Shown here one piece after another: positions 16,363 to 23,928 of a DNA stretch of 23,928 nucleotides; the first letter of the stretch is position 1; every line of letters starts with the position of its first letter. Source of the stretch: Promethearchaeota archaeon (GTDB lineage: Archaea; Asgardarchaeota; Lokiarchaeia; Sigyniarchaeales; SOKP01); the NCBI GenBank assembly GCA_019058015.1, contig JAHLWH010000047.1, positions 1-23,928 on the forward strand, in the 5' to 3' direction. A model generated the notes under the pieces. That model was not told where the DNA came from and ran no database searches. It saw nothing but the letters and a program-made list of their open reading frames with translations. Made by a program: the position numbers and the translations under genes.

Positions 16363-18053
16363 ATTATCCTCTCGGTAATCTCAATATCCTTTTTATTGTG
16401 AATTTCAATCCATCCCTTATACACTTCTAATATGTTCACTTTAAAGCCTCTATCAATTATTTCCTGAATAAAATCAGTAAATGATGCCATTTCAAATGAA
16501 ACAGCTTCATGAAAAGGACCTTCATGATTTATTTTACAATCATAATATATTTTTCTAATAATATCCACACTATATTCAGAAAAGTAAGTAAGCCCCACAA
16601 ATTCGTAATCTGCCATATTTTTATCTAAAGTTTTTCCAATTCTTATTATTTCATTTTCTTTTTGGTATAATCTTCTGACTTCTTTATCGGGTTTATTTTT
16701 AGTCAAAATTAAATCGAGTTTTTTATCAACTTCATGTTTATGATAGACATAAGAATTATCTACTACTAAAACAATATCTCCTTTAGAATTTAACAAATTG
16801 TTAATAATTTGGTCATTAAAAATAATATCAGAATTTATATAGATAAAGCCGTTTTTCATATTATCTTCGGCTTTAAATAATGAATGTAATATAAAGGTCG
16901 TTAAATATTCATTATTATCAATATATTGAACTCCTTCTACATTGAAAAGATCTTTTTTATAACCTCTAATTACATTGATATCTTTAATTCCACAACGGTT
17001 TAAAATGTTTATTTGTCTTTGAAGGATTGATTTTCCTTTTATATTTATCATCGATTTTGGAATGTTAAAATTTGGATCTTCACCTGCCGCAGGAATAATC
17101 GCTCGTATCTTACCGATATCATATTTCATATCTTTTTCTTTTACTTCCAAGAATCCAACATCTTTAAAAATATTAATTACTGGACTACATATTGATTCAA
17201 CTTCTAAGCCCCTTTGATTCTTTAGAATAATTGATGCGGCTTTTTTCATTGCTTTATGAGCTGAACGCAATATATGATTTGCATATATAACAATATTAAA
17301 GCCTTTATCTTTTAATTCATGCTCTGTAACAGTATTATATGTCGTTGGAACACAAATTAAAGGTTTATTGACTCCTAACTCCCTTGATAATTTATTATAC
17401 TCTACTGCGAAGTCAAATATTTCTTTCGGATTAGTATCCTTGGAATGTATCATTATCCCATCAGCTCCAACTTGCAGAAATTTCTTGGCTCTAAACAGTG
17501 CATCTCTTAGTCCTGAACCCGAGATTAAACTTTCAATCCTTGCAACAATCATAAAATCAGATGTTATTTGAACATTTTTCCCTCTTTTAATTTTTAATGC
17601 AAATATATCAGGATCTTCTTGTGTTTGTTTTGCGCTAGGATCCAAACTATTCCTTTTTGGAAATTTCTTATCCTCTATAATAACCATTGAAACTCCCATA
17701 TCTTCTAAAGATCTTACAAAATATTCAAAATTTGTTGCCTCTCCTCCAGTATCACCATCTACAATTAATGGTTTATTTGAGCTATTTAATATTTGTCTAA
17801 TAGTTTCATATCTTGATTCAATTCCAATTATCTCTGCATCAGGGTATCCTTTAGCTGCACTTTCTGTTAAACTACTAACCCAAATTCCATCAAATTCAAG
17901 AATTTCATCTCTAACTTTTTCTTTTATATTATTCACAATTATTGCACTAAGCCCATTATGAGCTTCTATAATTCTTATTAAATTTTTCTTCTTAAGTAAT
18001 TGTTTTAAGGATTTTCTTCTATCTTCGGGTGAAATTCTATTTGTTAGGGTCAT
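16359..18053 (-). CDS. pepM: Phosphoenolpyruvate mutase fused to a C-terminal nucleotidyltransferase domain
   Basis: EAHNGLSA, WVSSLTES, DGDTGG, the diagnostic EDKxxxxxNS motif (EDKKFPKRNS, 17646-17675), ARIESLI, GADGIMIHS, VPTTY and IYANH. C-terminal domain has AIIPAAG, PK, NSDIIF and WIEIH. Confidence 0.96.
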   Translation of the reverse strand: MTLTNRISPEDRRKSLKQLLKKKNLIRIIEAHNGLSAIIVNNIKEKVRDEILEFDGIWVSSLTESAAKGYPDAEIIGIESRYETIRQILNSSNKPLIVDGDTGGEATNFEYFVRSLEDMGVSMVIIEDKKFPKRNSLDPSAKQTQEDPDIFALKIKRGKNVQITSDFMIVARIESLISGSGLRDALFRAKKFLQVGADGIMIHSKDTNPKEIFDFAVEYNKLSRELGVNKPLICVPTTYNTVTEHELKDKGFNIVIYANHILRSAHKAMKKAASIILKNQRGLEVESICSPVINIFKDVGFLEVKEKDMKYDIGKIRAIIPAAGEDPNFNIPKSMINIKGKSILQRQINILNRCGIKDINVIRGYKKDLFNVEGVQYIDNNEYLTTFILHSLFKAEDNMKNGFIYINSDIIFNDQIINNLLNSKGDIVLVVDNSYVYHKHEVDKKLDLILTKNKPDKEVRRLYQKENEIIRIGKTLDKNMADYEFVGLTYFSEYSVDIIRKIYYDCKINHEGPFHEAVSFEMASFTDFIQEIIDRGFKVNILEVYKGWIEIHNKKDIEITERII

Positions 18054-18206
18054 TGTGATTAGAAAAAATAATTTATATGTTATTTCTATTTAAATTTAAA
18101 GAAATTAATTTAATTAAATTCTATTAATTTTTCAATATTAATTCAATATCAAATTTTTATGCTTTTTTTATAGGTATTATAAATAATTACAGTTTAGTAA
18201 ACTTAA

Positions 18207-19016
18207 ATGGAAACAAAAACGAAATTTAATGAAATCTTCGAACTTTTAAGAAATAAACAAATTTATTTTTTTGATTTAGATGGTACTCTCTATTTGGAAG
18301 ATTTACTATTTGATGGAATTCTAAGTCTAATTAATAAATTGAAATCTTTTCAAAAAAAAATCTGCTTTTTATCAAATAATTCAAGTATTTCTACTAAAGA
18401 ATATATTCTTAAATTGGAGCAGTTAGGATTAGTTACTGATTTTGAAAATATTATCTTATCCACACACCCAACGATACAATATTTAAAAGAGAAAAAAATT
18501 AAAAAAATCTACCTTCTCGGAACGAAATCTTTGCAATCTGAATTTATTGAAAAAGGATTTGAAATTACAGATAAGGATCCAGAAATTATTGTTTTAGGTT
18601 TCGATAAAGAACTTACATATGAGAAACTTGTTAAAGCTTCATATTTTTTACAGGATAACTTGCCTTATATTGCTACTCATCCTGATAAAGTATGTCCAAC
18701 TAAAAGAGGATATATTCCAGATGCAGGAGCAATAATTTCTTTATTAAATGAGGCAACTGGTAAAAGACCTAAAATATTTGGAAAACCTAATAAAGAAATG
18801 CTTCTTTTTAAATTAAGGGAATTAAAAATCTCTCCAAAAGATGCCGTAATTGTCGGAGATCGATTGTATACCGATATAAAAATGGGAAAAGAAGCAGGTG
18901 TGACTACTATTTGTGTATTATCAGGCGAAACATCTCGAGAAATGATTGAAAAATCAGAAATTAAACCAGATATTATCTTAAATAAGGCTACAGATTTAAT
19001 TAATATTATAAAATAA
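18207..19016 (+). CDS. HAD-IIA (NagD-family) phosphatase
   Basis: FFDLDGTLY, LSNNSS, ATHPD, PDAG, FGKP, VGDRLYTDI and VLSGET. Confidence 0.93.
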   Translation: METKTKFNEIFELLRNKQIYFFDLDGTLYLEDLLFDGILSLINKLKSFQKKICFLSNNSSISTKEYILKLEQLGLVTDFENIILSTHPTIQYLKEKKIKKIYLLGTKSLQSEFIEKGFEITDKDPEIIVLGFDKELTYEKLVKASYFLQDNLPYIATHPDKVCPTKRGYIPDAGAIISLLNEATGKRPKIFGKPNKEMLLFKLRELKISPKDAVIVGDRLYTDIKMGKEAGVTTICVLSGETSREMIEKSEIKPDIILNKATDLINIIK

Positions 19017-19038
19017 CACTTAATTTTCATATATAGAT

Positions 19039-21756
19039 TTATTTTAAATCAAGTAAATCGTAAAGTTCAGTTAATTCTTTTCTGATTTCTTTATCATCTG
19101 GCTTAATTAGTATTTTCTTTTGATAGAAAATCAATTTTCCATAATTCAATTCTAATTCTTTAAATAATTTAACCCACGCATTAAACATATCTTCCGCCTC
19201 TCTAATTCGTTGTTCTTCTTTAAAATTTTTTATTTCTTTTCTATCTTCTTCAGATAATAATTCAAATTCTTTTTTTGAATATATGCCTTGTTGTCTTAAA
19301 AAAAAAGATGTTTTCTTAAATTTCATTACGTTTATTTGGGAGCGCCAATGAACGTAAGATTTTATTATTTCATCAAAAGATTTTTGTATAAAAGCAACTT
19401 CGGCTGGACGAATGATCTCATTATCTTTTATTAATATTTTTCTTATAGATTGAAATACTTTTTCAAATATTGAGCAATAATATTCAATTAAATTTACGAA
19501 TTGGTTAATAGAATTATTATAATTTGTTGAAAATTCACCATCAGAACTTACAAAATTGCGATTCGATTCATCATATGTTCCTATAAGAGTTTTATTTTTA
19601 ATCAGAGATTTTATAATATCTATAATCAATATATACTCATCTTCAGTTAATTTTTTTCCAGGAAATAATTCATCTATAAAGAAAATATCGGAAGATTCCA
19701 GAATTTTGTCATTAATTCCTTTCTTGGTATAATAAATTAATTGATTCTCTTCTTCATAAAAAATACCTTTTAAATTCTCTGATTGTTCTAAATCTTCAAT
19801 AATTTCTTTGACGATTAATGGTTTTATATTAAAATTTCCTAAAATTATTTGAGATTGAGATTTCGATTGAAGCTTTATCTGTTTTCTGACTTCATTTTTT
19901 ATATCTAATATTCTATCCTCATTTAAGTAAAGTATATCGCCTTTTTTGAAATAAGTAATATTTAGGCTATTAACAAAATTAAAAAATCTTTTAGAATCCA
20001 TCCCCATTTTATCCATATATTCCGTACTACTTATTTCTCCTTTATTTCTAATTATTTCACCAAATTTTTGAATTTCTTCATCAATTTTCAATTGGATTTG
20101 GTCTTTATCTATATTCAATTTATGTGCTAAAGAATAAATTTTTTGATTTTTTATCTTCTCGTCGGCAATGTTTCTAAATTTATCTATTTGGTCTTGGATA
20201 TATTTAGAATAATAGAAAACTTCTTGAAATTTATCCCAAAAACCTAATTGTGAATTTAAAATAGAAGAGATGAATGAATCAAGAAGAATTTCAGGCATAC
20301 TCAATTTTTCACTAATCTTTTTTTTATCAAAAAAACCAATTTTTTTAGAGTTCTCAAATTCATTTACTATTTTTGTTTTTCCCACGTTAGTTAGCCAAAT
20401 TGTTCTTATATGATAATCTGTCAAATAACCTTTGGGAAGTTTCTTTATAATTTTTAAAAAATTATTATCATCAAATAATCCGTGATACAGTTTCAGATTT
20501 ATAACACTTTCTTTTGAAGCTAAATGAGAAATATCTTCAATAATCTTTTTGAGAGAATAAACAGCTTTCTTAGATCTATTATATAATAATGCATAATTTA
20601 ATTCAGATTTTATATCCTTAAGAATTAATTCAATAAAATTGGGTTCAATATGCTTATACTCTGTTAAATCTATAAAACCTTGATCCACAATTTCGGTAAA
20701 TATATCTTTTTTTACATAACCATAAGAATAAAAATAAAACTCAGAAACATATCCTTTTATTAATTTAAATTGAATCAAGTTTAACAGAAATAACTTTAAT
20801 TGTGAAGTGTTTTCGATTACTTCAGATAAGACTTCTTGTAGCTCCTTAAGAGATATCCGTTTATTTTCTAAAAAGAGTAAAACTTTAGATATTTCAAATT
20901 CGATAAAAAACAGTTTCTCTTTGTCCTTTATATAGCAATAATAAATATCCTCATTTTTTATTGTATTTTTCATTTTTTTTTTAAAATCATTAATAATATT
21001 TTTTAGATTCTCATTTTTAACGATTAAATTGTATCTTTTCAGTAGAATTTTATTTGCAATTATTTCTAATAAATTTATTTTTTTATTTTTAGAGAATTCT
21101 ATATTATTAACCTCAGGAATAAATTTTGAGAGAATTTCAATTGCTCTCTTTAATATATATTCATTTTCTTGGTTTTGAATTAAAAATTTTAATGTCTCTC
21201 TAATTCTTATTATTACTGAAAGATTTCTTAGTTTAAACTTATCAATAATTTCTAAAAGTATATTTATTTTTTTAATATCCTTTTCTGTATGGAGTAAATT
21301 GAAAATTAAATCACTATTATTTTCAATAATATCTGGTTCATTTTCAGTAAAATAGTTTAAAAATAATAGTATATTTTCAACAATCTCTTTATTATCTTCT
21401 TTTAAATAGTTTAAAAATTTCTTTACTAATACTTTTTCTTTATTAAGGTTTTCACGTAAATAAAATCCAATAATTATCAATGTATTTATTTTTGCTTTTA
21501 CATTATTGGAATCCAGATTTTCTTTAATGGATTCTATGTTGTTTCTATTGAAAAGTTGTGGAAATTTCTCTGCAAGAATACTTAAAATATATAAAGCTTG
21601 AACATTAAGATGATCATCTTTTGCAAATTGCTCTAACTCTTCAATAATTTCCTTAATTTTCTCTTTTTTATCCTTATCTATAAATTTATTTAGCTTATTA
21701 ATAGTTTTGATTAAATTTTTATCGATAAAGTCATTAGGATTAATATCCATAACCAT
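19039..21756 (-). CDS. Large hypothetical protein: N-terminal HEAT/ARM-like helical repeats, tandem winged-helix/PCI-like units and a C-terminal helical region
   Basis: 905-aa uninterrupted ORF. Amphipathic helix pairs in aa ~20-240; recurring L..LI....I.G.h.....hY units (LLNLIQFKLIKGYVSEFYFYS, IIEDLEQSENLKGIFYEE, IIKSLIKNKTLIGTYDE). Domain calls are by eye. Confidence 0.65.
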   Translation of the reverse strand: MVMDINPNDFIDKNLIKTINKLNKFIDKDKKEKIKEIIEELEQFAKDDHLNVQALYILSILAEKFPQLFNRNNIESIKENLDSNNVKAKINTLIIIGFYLRENLNKEKVLVKKFLNYLKEDNKEIVENILLFLNYFTENEPDIIENNSDLIFNLLHTEKDIKKINILLEIIDKFKLRNLSVIIRIRETLKFLIQNQENEYILKRAIEILSKFIPEVNNIEFSKNKKINLLEIIANKILLKRYNLIVKNENLKNIINDFKKKMKNTIKNEDIYYCYIKDKEKLFFIEFEISKVLLFLENKRISLKELQEVLSEVIENTSQLKLFLLNLIQFKLIKGYVSEFYFYSYGYVKKDIFTEIVDQGFIDLTEYKHIEPNFIELILKDIKSELNYALLYNRSKKAVYSLKKIIEDISHLASKESVINLKLYHGLFDDNNFLKIIKKLPKGYLTDYHIRTIWLTNVGKTKIVNEFENSKKIGFFDKKKISEKLSMPEILLDSFISSILNSQLGFWDKFQEVFYYSKYIQDQIDKFRNIADEKIKNQKIYSLAHKLNIDKDQIQLKIDEEIQKFGEIIRNKGEISSTEYMDKMGMDSKRFFNFVNSLNITYFKKGDILYLNEDRILDIKNEVRKQIKLQSKSQSQIILGNFNIKPLIVKEIIEDLEQSENLKGIFYEEENQLIYYTKKGINDKILESSDIFFIDELFPGKKLTEDEYILIIDIIKSLIKNKTLIGTYDESNRNFVSSDGEFSTNYNNSINQFVNLIEYYCSIFEKVFQSIRKILIKDNEIIRPAEVAFIQKSFDEIIKSYVHWRSQINVMKFKKTSFFLRQQGIYSKKEFELLSEEDRKEIKNFKEEQRIREAEDMFNAWVKLFKELELNYGKLIFYQKKILIKPDDKEIRKELTELYDLLDLK

Positions 21757-21951
21757 ATTTATCTTTAAATTTTTAAATCTTTTATTTTTTATTCATTCGA
21801 AATTTTAAATTTTGAACAATATCTTCTCTATTGAAAAACAAAAACCTCTCGGGAATGGAATTTATTGTTAAAAACATAGAGTATTTTAATTAAGTTTTAA
21901 AAATAAAGTAATAATTATTTAGAAATCAGATACAAATAAGTAGGATTATAC

Positions 21952-22242
21952 TTAAATAACTTTTTTCTTTCTTTTAACTTTATTTAATAGACTGTCAATA
22001 TCTATTTTTTGCAATTTTACAATTTTATAAGTTTTGGGGCTATTACTTCCATTGCATCTAAGGATTCCATCATTTTCAAGAACTTTCAAGGAACGCCAAA
22101 TAAAATTAATTTTTGACCTATTTGAGGATTTAACATTAATTGTTTTTCTAATTCTCTTGACATCGACGTAGCCAATCTTTCGGTCAATTATTTTATTTAT
22201 TGCATCAACTGTTTCTTTTAAATTTTCGATAAAGAAGTCCAT
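21952..22242 (-). CDS. Small basic hypothetical protein, probable winged-helix DNA-binding fold
   Basis: 96 aa, Lys/Arg-rich; IWRSLKVLENDGIL......PKTYKI resembles a recognition helix plus wing. Confidence 0.6.
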   Translation of the reverse strand: MDFFIENLKETVDAINKIIDRKIGYVDVKRIRKTINVKSSNRSKINFIWRSLKVLENDGILRCNGSNSPKTYKIVKLQKIDIDSLLNKVKRKKKVI

Positions 22243-22432
22243 GGAGAAAAAACCCTTAAGGAAATAAAATTACCTAAAATTATATAATAAATTATTAAAC
22301 ATTATTAATTTACACCGTAAATTATTTAAACTTTTATTTCAAGTTAATCTAAGAATCATTTATACTGATTTTAAGAGTTTGTTAAAAAAGAATGAATTAA
22401 TTGTTTTAATATTGAAAAGTGAGAAATATTAT

Positions 22433-23928
22433 TTAATGTCGAAACACTCGTTTGCCACAAAATACTAATCCGCAATTAAGTTCATCTGCTTTTTTTATAA
22501 CTTCATTATCTCGAATGGATCCTCCTGGATTAATTATTGCAATAGCACCCGCTTTTACTGCAGCTTCTAATCCATCCGGAAAAGGAAAAAAAGAATCTGT
22601 ACCCATCACACTACCTGAAAGGTCATGCCCAAATTCTAAGGCTTTTTGATGTGCCAAATTAACAACATGAACACGACTTTGTTGCCCTGCTCCTATCCCA
22701 ATAGTATATATTCCATCGTGGTCCCATTTCCCAAATACTGCAGAATTTGATTTTGCATATTTACACACTTTATAGGTAAAAATTAATGCTTTTTTTTCAT
22801 CTATAGAGATTTTCCTTTTACTAACAACTTTCCATTCTTTTATTATAGGACCGAAATCATAATCTTGAAATAAAACTCCCCCAAGTACACTTCTTATTTC
22901 TGGATTTTTATATATACTTTCTCTTTTGATTAAGAAATCTCCAAATTCAAGAATTCTCATATTTTTTTTAGATTTAAGAATTTTTAAAGCACCTTCTTCA
23001 TACGCTGGTGCAAGTAGGACTTCTACAAAAATTTTCTTTTGATTCACAATAAAATCTGCAATCTCAACTGTTAATTCCTTATTTAATCCCCAAATTCCTC
23101 CAAAAGCAGATAAAGGATCGGTGTTAAAAGCTCTTTTTACTGAATTTAATTGACTTTTTCTATCTATTGCAACTCCATTTGGAGTTGTATGTTTGAAAAT
23201 TGAACAAACGTAATCTTTTGTTCCAAGCTCTAAAAGAACTTGCATGCATGCATCAATATCTAAATAATTATTGAAAGAGATTTCTCTTCCTGATATTTGA
23301 TTAATATTTTGAAGTCCTAATTCTGCTGAGATATCCTTATAAAACGCAGCATCTTGATCCCAATTTTCTCCATATCTGACATCCAGCACTTTTTTATATA
23401 TTTTTATTATATTATCTCCAAATTTTTTATCAGGGAAATTGATTTTTTGTAAATAATTAGCAATATTGGCATTATATTCTGCCATAATAGTAAAAACTTT
23501 TTGAGCTAGAAAAGCCCTGGTTTTTTCACTGATTCCACCATCATTTTCTCGTAGCTCTTTTATAATGAGTGGATAATCTTTGGGATTAGTAATAACGGCT
23601 ACATCTGGATAATTTTTTGCGGCTGCCCTTATCATCGTTGGGCCTCCAATATCGATCATTTCTAAGGCTTCTGTTAAAGTAGATTTAGGCTTAGAAATTA
23701 AGGCTTTAAATGGATATAAATTACAGACCACTAAATCAATTGGGGGGATATTATATCTTTCAGCATCTTTCATATCATCAACTATATCTCGTCGAAATAA
23801 AATACCACCTTGAATCTTTGGATGTAATGTTTTAACTCTACCATCAAACATTTCATCCGTTTTAGTATATTCTGAAATTTTTTTAAAAATTATCCCGTTT
23901 TTTTCTAGTAAAGTTCCCGTTCCACCTG
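22433..23928 (-). CDS. purH: Bifunctional AICAR formyltransferase/IMP cyclohydrolase, 5'-truncated by the window
   Basis: Frame stays open to the window edge (GGTGTLLEKNG...EMFDGRVKTLHP). Motifs NLYPF, IDIGGPTMIRAAAKN, RYGEN, SFNN, KH..P.G, AFGG, KSN, GAGQQSRV, SFFPFPDG, PGGSIRD and terminal RVFRH. Confidence 0.96.
   Translation of the reverse strand, partial: GGTGTLLEKNGIIFKKISEYTKTDEMFDGRVKTLHPKIQGGILFRRDIVDDMKDAERYNIPPIDLVVCNLYPFKALISKPKSTLTEALEMIDIGGPTMIRAAAKNYPDVAVITNPKDYPLIIKELRENDGGISEKTRAFLAQKVFTIMAEYNANIANYLQKINFPDKKFGDNIIKIYKKVLDVRYGENWDQDAAFYKDISAELGLQNINQISGREISFNNYLDIDACMQVLLELGTKDYVCSIFKHTTPNGVAIDRKSQLNSVKRAFNTDPLSAFGGIWGLNKELTVEIADFIVNQKKIFVEVLLAPAYEEGALKILKSKKNMRILEFGDFLIKRESIYKNPEIRSVLGGVLFQDYDFGPIIKEWKVVSKRKISIDEKKALIFTYKVCKYAKSNSAVFGKWDHDGIYTIGIGAGQQSRVHVVNLAHQKALEFGHDLSGSVMGTDSFFPFPDGLEAAVKAGAIAIINPGGSIRDNEVIKKADELNCGLVFCGKRVFRH

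Noticed and set aside
18085-18125. Perfect palindromes tttaaatttaaa and aatttaattaaatt in the pepM/HAD divergent spacer
   Set aside because: A/T only in an extremely AT-rich spacer, so expected by chance.
18207-19016. HAD gene divergent from pepM as a phosphonatase (PhnX)
   Set aside because: Motifs match HAD-IIA/NagD (C2 cap), not the C1-cap PhnX type. Adjacency alone does not support a pathway role.
14152-22649. Short ORFs 14152-14346, 14884-15243, 17368-17571, 18677-19030 and 22452-22649
   Set aside because: Antisense shadows of the reductase, pepM, HAD and purH genes.
23849-23851. ATG at 23851 as the purH start (likewise GTG at 61 for the first ORF)
   Set aside because: Both frames stay open to the window edge (purH includes the conserved GGT motif upstream), so both genes appear truncated by the window and are not short variants.

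Overview
Very AT-rich, gene-dense prokaryotic window, most likely from an Asgard archaeon (Lokiarchaeia-like). This is inferred from a eukaryote-type actin homologue, a large protein with tandem PCI/winged-helix-like units and poly-T terminators. Left to right: (1) end of a B12-dependent lysine 5,6-aminomutase locus (kamB-like, kamD, kamE); (2) a membrane-anchored prenyltransferase/squalene-oxidase-repeat protein; (3) a divergent actin-related protein with a ~130-aa insert containing a double zinc ribbon; (4) a solo TnpB-family gene with an atypical RuvC-III site, a structured GC-richer 3' end (candidate omegaRNA) and possible IS607-like ends; (5) a ModE-like HTH regulator, an MBL hydrolase and a 4-TM/PH-like membrane protein; (6) a glycan/phosphonate island: GT2, FkbM methyltransferase and a TagF-like transferase facing a coupled operon of pepM-nucleotidyltransferase fusion, ppd, phosphonoacetaldehyde reductase and cytidylyltransferase, predicting a 2-hydroxyethylphosphonate-decorated glycan; (7) a NagD-type HAD, a 905-aa helical-repeat/winged-helix protein, a small wHTH protein and purH (5'-truncated). 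No rRNA, tRNA or CRISPR array was seen. All family calls come from motif recognition by eye; no searches were run.
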